From Eukaryota sp. GEM-RC1 (taxonomy: Eukaryota): 64,000 bases of DNA. The notes beneath the pieces were generated by a model. It did no database searches. It saw only the letters and a list, made by a program, of their open reading frames with translations, and had not been told where the DNA came from. Within the stretch, counting starts at the first letter, position 1. Each line of letters starts with the position of its first letter. The position numbers and the translations under genes were made by a program. Positions 37,307-50,781 of this stretch are shown one piece after another. Where the stretch lies: NCBI GenBank assembly GCA_040285855.1, contig JAUFOQ010000004.1:434001-498000 (forward strand). The letters are read 5' to 3'.

Positions 37307-38279
37307 TAATATATCTTGCAATAAGTTGTTATATTCCGAGCCCAATACTATACAACACCGGGAACTCAAATAGAGAACAACAGATTTTCAGTATGCTTGG
37401 AAAATTAAGCTACTTTCAAAGAAAGAAAGAAGTACAGAAATATATTCAAAGAACAACAAAATCCAAAATTGCCGGACATTAAACAACAATGACAGTGATA
37501 AGCAGCAGTCGTGATGAACAGTATCAAACTCTTCAGGAAAGCTATTCAACCAATTGAAGGATCCCAGCACTGAACAATGAACACGAGATAGATGTGAAGA
37601 GGTTGTGCCAATGTCATGTACTTCTTTAGATTTCCTTCACATCGATAGTATTCTGATAGCCCGAGGATATTGCAAGTTGAATTTCAAGTTATTCAAATAA
37701 GAACAGGAGGAGACCAACTTCATCTGGATTTGGTGATAATAGTCGTCAGGTCTGAATTCAACTGTTTAGAGTTGTTGACGACACGATTTGTTGGTATTAA
37801 CATGTATTGGTAAATCATCGGTACACAATTTGGAAGGAGACGTCAGAGAAAAGACTAAATTCAGATTTCATGCTCTAATCTGTACATGAAGAGTCCACTC
37901 ATCATGTTTCGAATCCACAGACATACCTTCACCCACAAGTGAAACCACTGACGATCTCCTTTCAAACGAGTTTGCGACCTTGACTGATTTTTGATTCACT
38001 TAGATTGTCTAGTGTAGGTCTTCTTAATCTCTTACAACCTCTTCTTACCATCCAAACATGCTTGATAACACAGATCTGTCTTTGTTGTTAGCTGCTCCTA
38101 ATAGAGTCTTTTGAATCATTCGTCCTCCGACTGTTATATATCCCAAGGTATATATCCCATCTTGTACTATCAATAACGATTACATATCACTGTGTAACAA
38201 CATTTGTTCTTTTTCTGTCCGGTACTATCCCATATGTAATTACACTTTAAAATTCTCTGGTTATCAAAAGTTTTGAGCG

Positions 38280-41200
38280 ATGTCCTCCCAGAACCACTCT
38301 GGTCAGTCTCTTGGATATGCACTTACTGGTAACAAGTATGTTCTCCTTTTGTTACTTATTTCAGATACAGAAAAGCCATCTTCACTTTCTTCCAAGATCT
38401 CCAAAAGCTCCCCCGTCACAACTTCCTTGTCTCGCTACTCTTAGTCGTTGAGTTCTTGCGTTTGTTATGCAGTAAGTCTCATCACAGAATTAATCGCTCT
38501 TGTTATCAACCGTCATTTCCCTTACATCCACGAAGCTCTTGACACTCGCCACTTCCTCCAACTTCTTGCTTTCTCTGGTTACGATGATGCCTACTTCTCT
38601 GTCTTTTCTCACTCTGTACTCTCCATCATTATAGTTAGTATTCCCATTCTTCTTGGTGCTTCCATATGTTTATGTGGGTATCTTGCTGTGGAAAATCGTC
38701 AGTTAAAATTTCTCCTGTACTGCTTCAAAGTTCTCCTCGAGTTCGTGTCTTCTTTCTTGTTTCTTCCCCTTACCATTACTGCTTTCACTTGGTTCAACTG
38801 TTCCGATGACTCTCCTTACTTCTCGATCGCTGTTTCCTCTTGTTGGTCCGCGCAGTCAGTGTTAATCAAGACAGTTATGTTTCTCTCATGGTTAGCGCTG
38901 TCAAGTTTCGTTCTTTTACGTGAACTTGTCTTAGTTGATGTATCTCCTAATTCTAAGCGCGCATTTTGTTCCTTGAATAGAGACTTTAAGGTTGTCATGC
39001 TGATAGTCAAAGTACTGTTAGCTTTTCTATTAACTGTTTTCGATCATTTACCTTTGGTTTTTACTCTAACTTATCCCATTTGTTGTATTTTTCTTTGTTA
39101 TTACGTTGTCAAGTGGATTCCTTTTTATAAGCGTAATACTAATGAGTTTGTGGCCTTTATTTCTGCTTTTACCGCTACAGTTTCTGTTATTTGGCTTTTC
39201 ATCTCACTTGTCAATTTGGAGTATGCTTCATGGATCATTACTTTGATCATTTATTTCCTTCCTCTTGGTGTGGGAATATTTGTCAAATATTACGTCAAAT
39301 TTAGATATTCTTGTGTTTGTTTCTTTTTCCCTCAGGTACTTAGACTTCAGAATCTTTCCAAAGATCAACCAACTTTTTATACTACAAAGTTTCTCTGGTT
39401 TACTTTCTCAGTAGGGGATTCTAAATCTAAACCTATTAGAACTAAAACTCTAGAACCCAGCTTTTCTGCGGATAAATTTGAGTCTGATGACGTTTCTTCT
39501 GGAGATGATCAGAAATCAGTCAGTATTCTTTCTGATTTAATTACTAAACACGTCACCAGTCCAATCAAGGGTGAGCTCTTCTCAAGATTTTTGATCTTTT
39601 ATAATAATGAAATCACTCAACCAATTGGTCGTGAAATCGTTGATCACTGTATCACTACATGGCCAGATCATCTGGCATCTCACTTATTAAAATGTTCATT
39701 TGATATTGGAATTGCAAAAGATCCTATATCTGCATTGTCATCTTGTGCTACTGTTGTCAACATGGAATTGGATTTGCGCTTTGATTTTAGTTACTTCATT
39801 TCTTTCTACAAACAGTTGGCTGAAAATTTAAGAAGGGAACAATCAACTGGGCAATCATTGGACTCGTCATCATTTTTGATTCTCCAGCGCCGTCTCAAGA
39901 CTGCAGTTGACCTTCATCGTGATTGTCTTGATTATTTAGCTGCTTTTTGGTCTATTCTACTTGCTGAGAAACCAAATCTTTCTCTTTTACCCCAATTAAC
40001 TGAGAAAATCTATACTACCAAAACTGAAGCTGAATATTGCTTCAACAAGCTCCTGACTGACCATCCTGGAGATAAAGAAGTTCTCACAGCTTTCTCTAAC
40101 TTCACCAGTGAAGTGTGTCTTGATGAAGAACTCGCCTTACAGTTGCAAACTCAAGTTGAAATGGGTTCTTCTAGTGATGGTAGAAGTAGTACTGGTGATG
40201 CAGCTTCCTCCAGAGGGAGTCATGCTACAGGGAAGTCTTCGAAGCAAAAGAGTAGACTTCGTAGAAAGAGAAAAACAAAGAATTTTCTCTTGGGTTTAGC
40301 TAGTAGTAGGAACATTTCTGATAGCAATCAGTCAGTTGCTCAAAAATTAAAAATTTCTGTACATGTTTCATTGGCAGTGTTGTTGATTTTATGTATTATT
40401 TCTTATGTTTTAATTAGAGGAGGTTCACAGGATCTTCGAAATCAATATTCAATAATGTTTGAATCTGGACATTTTGCTTCTTCTACTGAAGATCTTGCTG
40501 TTTCATCTCTCTTTCTTGCTAGTTCGCTTGATGGTAATCAGCTTTATTATTCTTCAGAAGTCTTCAGACATCGCGTGATTTCTGAATCTGAACATGCACT
40601 TTTCCATTTACGTCGTCTCTTAGTTGGAGCTCGAGTTTCTCCTAATGTTAGAGACTTTACTTGCGTAGGTGGAGTTCCTGTTGCTATTTCCGCTCTTTCA
40701 ACTGATCAAACTCTTCGTTTAGTTCGAGATCCTGTTATTCCAACAAGACAAGAAACAGATGTTTTCCCTCCAGTTCCTCAAATTGCGCTCGAATCTCTAA
40801 CTCAACTTGGAATGGACTATTGTAGAAAAGCTTTTGAATATGCTCGTGATACTTCTGATATTTCCAGAGGACAATCAATTCTCTCATTTCTTATATCTAA
40901 TAGAGGTGTAATTACTGATGGAAGTATTCGTTTATTAGATGCTGTTAAGAATGAATCTGAAGATGCGGTTTATTCTAGTGTTATTATTGATGTTCTAGGA
41001 ATTCTTGTGAATTTGTCTTTAATTTTCTTAATGGCGAAATTTCTATTTGGAAAAACCGTGAAAGAAATCACTCTTCAACAATTAGAAATATTTAATCTTT
41101 TTCTATATGTTCCAAAGAAAAGTGTTCAGGATATGCTCAATGACTCTAAGTTCACTGACACCGTTGTAATGAAACAGCCAAAATCCTTTAACATTGAAGA

Positions 41201-43719
41201 AGCTGTAGAAAGGGGATCTACAGCTTCAAGTTCTTCAGAAAATGACGATGTTGTAAATCTTAATGAAGTTCAATCTAGTGAGAACCTTTCTTCTACAGAA
41301 GTAAAGCCTATGACTTCAAGCAAGATGTCATTTGGTTTATTCTATGTTGTTCTAGGTATTTTAATTGTTTCCAGTTATGGTGCTGGGTGGAGGACTTTTC
41401 CTTTTGACTTTAATCAATGATGACGTTTCTCAAATGACAACTCGAAGTAACGAAGTTGTTGAGATTATAGACAATTCTAATACTCTTTATGATCACGTCA
41501 CCAGATCTTCTACGCTTCTCCTCTCTTTTGCTTCTACAGGAAATCTCAAGTTTTACCACGATTACATCTCTACAAGACAATCTACAGCTAGAGATGATGC
41601 TATCTCAGCTCTACGTAGAATTGAAATGCCTACTGAATCTATCCGTCTTTTAAGTGAGAATACTAGAGTCAATGCTCGAGTTCGATATATCGAATTAATA
41701 GCTCTAAAACTTACCCAGTTGGCTTATAATCTATCTGACTATGACGTTCCCGAAGTTGCTGGATTTACTTATGACATTACTCAAGAAACTTCTTTTGTTG
41801 TTGACGATGTCAATTACAGGGAGTTAGGTATTTGGTATTCTTCTCTTGAACAGGATTCTCAAAAACCTCGTGAAGAACTCGTATTACTTGCAAGACACGT
41901 TGTCTCTAACAGAAGATTCTACGTCATTAACAGTCACCGATTGGACTCTTTAAGGCAGTTTTCTACCAATATTTTAGATACTTTTGATAGAAGATCTCAT
42001 TTAATTTATGAAGAAGGAGATTTGCTTACTGATATTTTAATATTCATCCCCATCGTCATTGCTTTTTTTTGTTCTTGTCACCATGGGCTTATCTTTTCTA
42101 CTTCGCAAGTCCCATGTTTCTACAACACGTTTTATCACGTTTTTGGTTGTGATGGGTATTGTGTTTATCCTTTGTTTAACTGTATTTCTTTCTACTATAC
42201 TTATAGATCGTGAGTTCGCTTCTTATAATCAAGGTCGGGAGCAACTCATAGAGCTCACTCGAAATCTATCAGATTTGAGTGAATCTCAAGAAGAGTTCAA
42301 AGCTTATTCATTATCTTTTGTTCAAAATGGAGATTTAAACTACTATAATCATCACGTTGGACTATCTGGAATCATTCATCGAGTTGCTGATGCTGTTGAT
42401 TCTATAATTGATCTAGAACATCCTCAAGTTTCTCCTTTTGCCTCTCAAATCTCTGTACGATTACCTAATCTTACAAAGTCCATTCTAGCATTGAGAGAAG
42501 TGGAATTAATTGCAATGACTATTGCAGCACGAGGTTACCAAATACCTGGAAGTCCTTGTTCCAATGGATAGAACATGGAACCTCTCTCAACAGGACAATT
42601 ATCACGAGTTGATTACTAATTTTGGATATTTTGATTGGAGTACCTTCTATTCTGATGACGTGAATGATCTCAACTTAGGTTATGGCGAACAACGTCTTCT
42701 TGCTAGATCTATATTGACTTCTCCTGTATATCTCGAGTTAGAAGTGATTCGTGATGAATTTTTCTTTGAGTTATTGAATTTCTTTTCTTCAGAAAGTTCT
42801 AGTGTTAATTCAGATTTAACATCTTCTTTTAGATTCATTTTCACCCTTTGTTTTGGAGTAATTGTTGGTACTATGATTGTCTCCTCATTTTCGATTTATG
42901 AGCTCTTCGAAACCTTCTACTCTAAGAGAAAACAAGCTTCTCATGTTCGACAGGTAATTAAGTTTGAAAATGCAATTAGCATTACTCGTAATTATACTAT
43001 TTCTTTATTAATCTTAGCTGCTGGAGTTGTAAGTTTCTATGTGTTTGCTTCAACTACCACACTTCAGTCTATTCCAAGACTAGATAATATTCATTTAGCT
43101 TCATCCAGACTTTTACTTGGAAAGGGACTGTACAGCTCTACCACGTTACTAGTAGATTCTGAAAATCCAGCAAGTCAATCTTTAATTGTTCTTCGAGATG
43201 CTGAACAGTTGTTGCAGGTTCATTATAGACTTTTGTTTGGAGACTCCAACTCAAAAGGAAGTATTGGAACACATCAAGATCAAGATTCACTGTTGTTCTC
43301 TTCTGGTTTCACTTCGAATACCACCTTAGTCGAGTCTGGATTACACGTCAACTTAGCTGGTTTTGTTGATACTGTTTCTAGACTTGCTACTAAGCAGACT
43401 GTAGTTCTCCCTAATGATCCTGATTTCCTCCAATTCTTACAGGAAGGTGACGTGTTGACCAGCTTATTGTATGAATCTCTTGAGCTTTATAGAGATACAG
43501 CTTTATCTTCCAATGATACTAATGCTAACATCATTCTTTTCATGTTTGTCGTTTTGCTACTTATGTTAACAAGTGAATATCTATTTGTGTTTAGAAAAAT
43601 GGTTTCCAAAGTTAACAGATGGCGAAGAAACAGTCTTTTTAGTTCTATCAATGCTAAATAGGGACGTTGTTGAAGGTGTTGAACTGATTGCACGTTATTT
43701 AGATGCAGTTGGGTTGTAG
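38280..43719 (+). CDS. TmcB/TmcC-like multi-pass membrane receptor (~1,790 aa); introns 38336-38364 and 38460-38487; several frameshifts
   Basis: Splicing gives MSSQ...NKYRKAIFTFF...VVEFLQLIALVI; N-terminal TM bundle; TPR-like AFWSILL...FNKLLTDHP...FSNFTSEV; repeated TM-ectodomain-TM modules with LFLYVPKK; corrected tail LSMLNRDVVEGVELIARYL. Confidence 0.75.
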
Positions 43720-44204
43720 ATTATAATTTAACATGTGTTGCTGTAATTTGGACGATATCGTTATTTAAACGGAAAATGATTCTCCAAAAACTCATAGAAT
43801 TTCCTACACTTTGCATTGTTCTGTAATAATAAATCATCATCATTCTTGTATCATTATCATGCTAAACAAATCTGATCAAATCTTCAATCAAAAACACAAA
43901 ATCTGCGATCAACACCACGCAACATTTACTTTTGGAAATTACTCTTAAATGAGCCAATCGTAGACGCTCCAAGACTGACTATCATCTACTTGTTTGAGTC
44001 CAGTAGCTTCGGTTATAAAGGAGTGAACATAGATTAGGTCTATTTTTATTTTAGCATTTGACAATCACTCACCTAGACCAATGTGTACAAATATTTGGTG
44101 GGTATTGTACGTGCGTACGTACTGTAGTAGGGTAATAGACACTACAATGTAGAACCATCAGTCGAAACGAATTTCAACAACCATCTTTTACCTCTACTCT
44201 CAAA

Positions 44205-46074
44205 ATGGAAAAGACTTTGGCGAATGCCACTCCTTCGATCCTGACTTTCATGGTCCTATAGGTTTGTGTCTCGGAGGTTCTTTCTAACATTAGCTGACCG
44301 TAAATGCCGTGACTGCTTCTTTGCTCTTCTTTTTATGATTTTTGTTGGCGCTTTTGTATATGTCTCTTTCATCTATGGTATTAAAGAGGGCGACTTCAAC
44401 AAGTTTGTGTTCCTTGTGTTTCTCACTGCAGAATTTTTGATCCAATGGACCGTTATGGTTACGTCTGTGGCAGCACGAATGAGGACAACGACTTCATCAG
44501 TGAGCCTTATGATCTGAGCGACAGGCCCATGCTTTTCTTTATTAATCCAATCAGCGGTCGTGGCTTAGGTATGAAAATTCTGTTCATGTCTCACTTCAGC
44601 TTACTCTATGTGTGTAACGGAATGCCCATCAGAAGTTGGTACTATGTCTCTCGACCAAGTCTACCGAGAACACAAAGATGATGTTGAAGGACTTTTTGTG
44701 GTGCTTTATGAAACAAGAGCTATTGCTGGGCGCTGCATCCCCACTTCTGGAAACTTCACTGAAGTATTTTCGGAAAACTTCTCTGCCCGTTATTTGGAAA
44801 ATGCTATTGATGACCTCTCCAACATTGAAACACTCAAAATCATTATTGGATTGTCCATTGTTGCTCTCTTCCTTGGCTTCTTCTGGCTTGTATTCCTCAG
44901 ATTATGCGCCGCAATCATCGTTTGGGTCACCATCATTGGTATTTTAGCAGCTTTCGGATTCGCAGCCTATTACTACATTACTGTCGGAATCAGTGACATG
45001 GACTCAGCAGAAGACGTAGATGCTGAACAATCAGCTAAAACCACACGAAACATTGGATTTGTCCTTGCTGGAATATTTGTAATCCTTGCACTAATAGTTA
45101 TGTGGATGTTCAAAAGTATTGCTCTTGCTATCGACATTGTACAAGAAGCTGCCAGAGCCATCGCTTCCATGCCTCTACTCGTTGTTTTCCCAGTCTTAAT
45201 CTACTTAGTGACCATCACTTTCTTCTCTTATTGGGGATATTCAGGTATTCTCCTCTACTCTACTGCTGAAATGGATTACGAAGAAGGTTTCCGAAAGTGG
45301 GATTTGGACGAACATAACACCAAATACTTCTTAATGTTCCATGCTTTCTCTCTTTTCTGGATCGCTTTCTTCATTAGCGCTGTATCACTTTCCACTATCG
45401 CCGGTTCGGTCGCTGCTTATTACTTCACAATGGACAAAAAGAATCTCGGTGCCACTCCTATTTGGTCAGCATTTTGGCGATCTATTCGCTACAATCTTGG
45501 TTCATTAGCCTTCGGATCTTTGATTGTTGCTATCGTTTGTTTCATTAAGTGGATCATGAAGTATCTTTCCAAGAAAGCCAAACAATCCGGTAATAAGACT
45601 CTTTCTGGAGTTTTCAAATGTGTTGCTTGCTGCTTGAAGTGTGTTGAGAAAATTCTCAAGTACATTAACAAGAATGCCTGGATTATGATTGCTATTTACA
45701 ATTATACTTATTGCGAAGCTGCCAAACAGGGATTCAACCTTGTCATGAGGAACTTGAGAAGAGTTCTTGCTATTACCGTTGTTGGAGATTCTCTTTTGTT
45801 CATGGGTAAGTTGTTTGTTGCCATCGCTACTGCTTTAATTTCTACATTTGTCTTCCACAACAATGAAAACATTCACAGCTGGCAGTTTATGGTTGGTGTC
45901 ATCTTCCTCGTTTCTTATCTCATTGGATCAATGTTTATGAGTGTTACCGAAATGGCAGTTGATACTATTTTCCTTTGTTTCCTTGAAGATTGTGAACGTA
46001 ACGATGGATCTCAAGCTCGTCCTTATTATATGACCGAAAGCTTACAGTCTTATGTAAACAAGAGCAAGAAGTAA
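44205..46074 (+). CDS. Choline transporter-like protein (CTL/SLC44); introns 44262-44293, 44403-44431 and 44569-44599
   Basis: Spliced FDPDFHGPIADRKCRD, DRYGYVCG and CVTECP; RYNLGSLAFGSLI, INKNAWIMIAI, DTIFLCFLEDCERNDGS..RPYYM. Confidence 0.93.
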
Positions 46075-46340
46075 GCATTTGTAGATATTCATTTTTTGTT
46101 ATAAATCGTTTTTTAAACAGTTTGTTTTTCTTGTTCTACCAAGACAAGTTTTCCGAAGGCAACCTTCTGTACAAGCAGCTTCCCCATTTGTTTTTGATGT
46201 GTTTTAGCCAGTGGGTTTAGGGAAAGAAGTTTGATGATTTATCCCCTATTCTTTTACGCTCTAGCATCTTGTTATTTTGGAGGAAAATGTTCCCTAAAAA
46301 ACAATTAAAAGAAAAATAAAATTTAGTCTAAACTAAAAAA

Positions 46341-47823
46341 CTATTGTGCTAAATCCACAACAGTTCCCTCTAAATCATCAACAACTGAAGCACTTGGAAC
46401 AGAGTACAACCTTAAAACAGTCTTTGTTGGTGGCTTAACAAACACATAAACCCCGTCATCCAACTTCTTCACTTCCTCTAACAAAACAAGCAAACAAGCC
46501 CACGAATTATTAATAGAAATAGACAATTGATCCAAAAAAGCACGAGTTGAAGAGTAAATAGTACCTAACAACTCAGGATTCCCTGCAGCCTCCAAAGGTC
46601 TAGACACAAAAGCAACTTCTACCCTAGAAACATCAGCCAAATGTCCTTCCAGAGCCCACCTAGCCATCTGAGTATGATTGTTATGCATCTCGGCAGCTAG
46701 AGATGAAGCTTTCTTAGCCTTTTCTAACTGAACTCTCCAGGACTGCATTGTAGTCTGGTCATGCCACTCGTAAAGAGATCGTACATAGAGTTGATCAAGA
46801 GAGCCATCAGAAGTTTGAAGATACCCCATCAAAGGAAGTCTAACTGCTAACTTATAACCAGAAGGAAGATCGTACAGCTTATAACGGTGACCATATGAGT
46901 GAGCATCACTAGCGAGTTCAGCAGGACACTCTTCAAGCTGAGGAGCAGAGGAAGGAGTGGAGGAGAAGAACTCTTGGATGGCGCGGTCACCTGCAATCTT
47001 GGCTTCAACGAAGAGAGAAGGTGGTGAGTCAGGCCCTGTTTCAGCAAAGGGGGCGCTCTCGGAGTTCTCAGAGACAGAAACTCCATTGAAAAGAGGGAGA
47101 GTCTGGGCGTTTCTCTATCCAGAAACAGCCATCACGTTTGATCACGACAAAGTCAAAGGCAAGAGCAGTTCTATGACACGTCATCATTGCAGTGAGAACG
47201 TCACTTGAAGCGAAGACGTTGGCCTTACCTTCAGCTGCCAGGTCAGCAAAGACGGGATCCTTGGAAGCAGTGGGGTTAGGGGTGGGAGTGTGGGGAAGGG
47301 TGATGACCTTGCGAGTCTTGGGAGTGACGGAATCGAGAGATCTGTCGTATTGGAGGAGGGTACCACAGTCTTTGTATACTGAACCAGTGAGTTCAGCCTT
47401 GCCAGGAAGAACTGCTTTGGCTAGATTGGACATGGGATATTCGTTAACCATTTCCCAAGTGATATCGGGATCAACAGAAAGGGTACGAAGAACTTTCGTG
47501 ATGGATCGATCGACACGTTGAACACGTTGACGACGCTTGTCGTAGCGTGGTTTCTCTTGAAATGGTGGTTGGAAGGGTTTTCGTTGAGCTTGAAGTGGTT
47601 TTCGGGTAGACTTTTTGATGAGAGGCTTAGTTTCTACAGAGACGAATCCAGTAGTTTGTTTTGCCTCACGAACAGCCTTTGGATAGTGAGAAGTGGTTGA
47701 GAGATCCACAGCTTTTCCAAGACGTTCTGTTCTAAGAAATGGCTTATAAGGTATATCAAGACCATGGATATCCTGGTATGAAGGGCTAGGTTTCCATTGA
47801 TTTTCACTGAAGGAGAAGAGCAT
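46341..47823 (-). CDS. EIF3D: Translation initiation factor eIF3 subunit d (two frameshifts)
   Basis: IPYKPFLRTERLGKAVD, TASKDP, SDVLTAMMTCHR..FDFVV, WRVQLE, MARW and FVSR. The likely start is ATG 47823; the ORF-track extension runs into a transposon. Confidence 0.88.
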
Positions 47824-47892
47824 AGAAAAAAGTGTTTTTGATGAGTTTCCCTCTGTGAATTTCATTCCAAATGGACAGTGTTGTCCCATGAC

Positions 47893-48877
47893 CAGGGCTC
47901 TGTAATATTGTATTGCAATATATTGGTATTGGTTTTTGACCTTCCAATCAATATTGGTATCGACCAATATATTGCCACTATTGCCAATATAGTTAAACCT
48001 AGTATATGAAGTAGCTTTATCAAGATCTACTTCTAAAATGGATAAAACAATAAACTACTACTGTAAAACCAATGAAGAGTGTACTTGCAACAATAATTAT
48101 AATTTAATACATACTAATTCAGAAAAAGAAACTTAAGACTTCTTTAGATTAACATTGATTAATTTTATTCAACAAGCAGTTCCAACATTCCAAAGACTTC
48201 TGTTGTAATGCAACCAAAGTTGAGCTTCCAATCTGCTATTGGATAAAGAATAGCGAGTCATTCCAACTGCAAGTTTGACTTTGGAAAAAGTCTCTCAACC
48301 TCCACAGAAGTGGCTGGAATCCAAGTCAAATCTTGATATTTTCTATTGGCAGTTCGTCTGGTCTATGATAATTGAGAGGCTCGTTCAGAAAGCGTTCCTT
48401 TCTCTCCTGCCTGACTTTCTGGTTCTGGAAAGAAAATGACAGGACTTTCCCCAATTTCAAACTTCTGAAGATAGTTCTTTTCTTGAGTAGTTAATAAACT
48501 TTCGTTTCCATCAATTAATTTCAAGACACCGGACTCAAATTCTTGGATGTAAGGGAATAAAAGGTGAGACAGATTGTTTTATTGTCCGTGATAAAGATAG
48601 TAAGAGTAAGTTAAGTTTGAACTATTTAATTCTTCTATTGGTTTGACAGATTTTCTCATAACGTAAGTGGTTGGCTCATTTGTACTAAGAAGTTCAATTA
48701 CTGTGTAGCTTACAGACACTCGTATACATTGTCCCGTAGATGTTTGAGACAAAATACCCAAACATCCATATTGATCAATATTGGCAATATATTGGTATTG
48801 GTTTTTCGGCAACCAATCAATATTGGTACATATTTATTGGCAATATTGAATTGGCAATTCAATATTACAGAGCCCTG
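47893..48877 (-). mobile_element. Internally deleted hAT transposon, 985 bp, with a transposase C-terminal remnant (48169 to ~48545, minus)
   Basis: Perfect 18-bp TIR CAGGGCTCTGTAATATTG; perfect TSD CCCATGAC; dimerisation motif WIPATSVEVERLFSKVK...LEAQLWLHYNRSLW. Confidence 0.95.
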
Positions 48878-49157
48878 CCCATGACGGCCATAACTGCCAT
48901 GCGTGCCATGCGTCCAGGCGCATGGCATTTTCTGATTATGGCCGTGTTGTTATGGCGTGTTAACACGTGTTGTTATTCCAACAATGACACTGTACTACAT
49001 GAGCATGTACAGTAGTTCTATGATACGTATACTTAAAGAATGTTATTTATTAAACCTATATAAAGAGCTCTAATAGCCAGAATCGCTGTCCATGCTGTGT
49101 TCTGTCCATCTTTCTTTCATAAGACCAGCTTGTTTCTGGAATTAAAGTGCACATACA

Positions 49158-49924
49158 CTAACTTCCTAGCTCTTTTGGTTGTGAGCCGGTGCCTTCTGTT
49201 TGAGTGAACAAAAGAATAGGAACTCTAAACCCTTTCATCTTGGAACAATTTCTAGTCAATTTGGTCATAAGAACACTCTTGAGAATTCGGAAGATAGGCC
49301 AATTGCAGTGGTCAGTCGCTTCTCTGACCCTATGCCTCCATTCTTTGAAATAAGCCTGGATGGGATTCATCTCAGAGCAGTACGGGGGCAATATCATTGA
49401 TGAAACCCCCGCAGCAGCCAAACCCCGAGAAATGTGTTTGTGACGATGTATTCTACAACCATCCATGATAAGAACCGGTGAATAGTTGATATGGATACTG
49501 TTTTTCCTAGATTTTGTTGAATTATGGATCGTATCTCACGAAGAAACAACAAAGGTCTATTTGCTATCACAGCCTCAATAAAATCTCCATCTGTTTCCAG
49601 TCCAGTCAAGATGCTGGTTGGAGAAGGATATTCGATGTCTTTCTGAAACAAACTCTTTATCCATTTCGAAATGGTTGTTTGGTGGACCCAAAATACATCA
49701 GCGACTTCCGTTTGAGACTTTTGGAGAAAGAAGGAAGTATAGAGAGCACGTACGTGGGTGTCCAAGGTGGTGTGATACCGAAGAGAACGTAAATCAGCGT
49801 TCACGGTGTCTTGCATGGAGTTAAGAGCAATACGTAGTTGGGGAAGATTGCCATACGGTGTAAGAAAATCAAAATCGTACGGCATTAGAACGCCAGTAAA
49901 AAGTTTGTTTGAATCGTCTTTCAA
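49158..49924 (-). pseudogene. Internally deleted IS630/Tc1-type DDE transposase
   Basis: Two HTH regions (QTEVADVFWVHQTTISKW; LFLREI...TVSISTIHR) are joined out of frame to VLIMDGCRIH...LPPYCSEMNPIQ; the region holding the first catalytic Asp is missing. Confidence 0.85.
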
Positions 49925-50657
49925 GTGACAGAATTAGCCATGTTATAGATTGTATGCTGCATTATGTAATAAAGAACCTATGATCTGACATCCACATCCA
50001 TCAATCATGCTGTCCAAAACCCCACAACAGAAAGTTGAAGGAATCGAGTACAAGAGATACTACAGTTCATTTTATCTCAGTACACAGATACTCATATCTA
50101 GAGAGACATTTAGGGAAGGTAGCTATGAGTACAGAAGTACACACGGAACAAATCGCCATTCATTTTGAGCAGCGTACAGGCAGGCTGTCAAAACCAGTTT
50201 GTAGCTGTGGAAAGGCGTTGCTAAACAAGAAACCACGAAGAAAATGAGAGTGGGCAGAAAATGGAAATGGTTGGATGGAGAGAATCGGTTGGTTGGGGCA
50301 GGGGGAAATTTGGGTTAAGCACCCAGACCCAAAAACCAACTCACAGTATTCACCCAAAACTATTGCTGCAGTTTCCTTACATATCCCATTAATTTACCGA
50401 CACAAAAACAGCACATTCTTGCAAGTTGCAACATTGTGGGAACGCGATGCATTCAAAGAAAGGTTCAAAGTGAATTGAGAAGTGCTGACAACTCACTCAG
50501 TTCAGTTATAAAAGGCAAATATTGGGAAAACACGAACGATTTTTTGATGTATTGTGTTTAACAATGTAATCAAGGCTAGAAAAGATTACAGTTGAAGATA
50601 ATAGAGTAACCGTTCAGTATGTCTACTACATCATGTAGTTCTTGTCGTAATCGAAGC

Positions 50658-50781
50658 CAGTGATGTACAAGAGAAGTATCGGTATTTTAACAGTTGTTGT
50701 GTTTTATGGATAGCCAGTATAGCGCCGTACCGGATTTAACGGCAATGTACGGCAAATAGTGTACGATAGGCTATTTTGGTA
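50658..50781. mobile_element. Short derivative of the CAGTGATGTAC hAT family, right TIR cut by the adjacent Tc1 MITE
   Basis: Left end CAGTGATGTACAA; ~50746-50781 is the near reverse complement of ~36546-36583. Confidence 0.65.

Noticed and set aside
37330..38200. Possible decayed membrane-protein gene on the minus strand
   Set aside because: Many stops and no recognisable motif.
2202..46074. Choline kinase plus choline transporter as a metabolic gene cluster
   Set aside because: They are 41 kb apart with many unrelated genes between them.
47824..47967. N-terminal extension of eIF3d given by the ORF track
   Set aside because: It reads from inside the hAT terminus and uses a non-ATG start; eIF3d-like sequence begins after ATG 47823.
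49158..50478. Fanzor/TnpB next to the IS630/Tc1 transposase
   Set aside because: No RuvC motifs or long ORF nearby; the short ORFs at 50035-50478 are uninformative.
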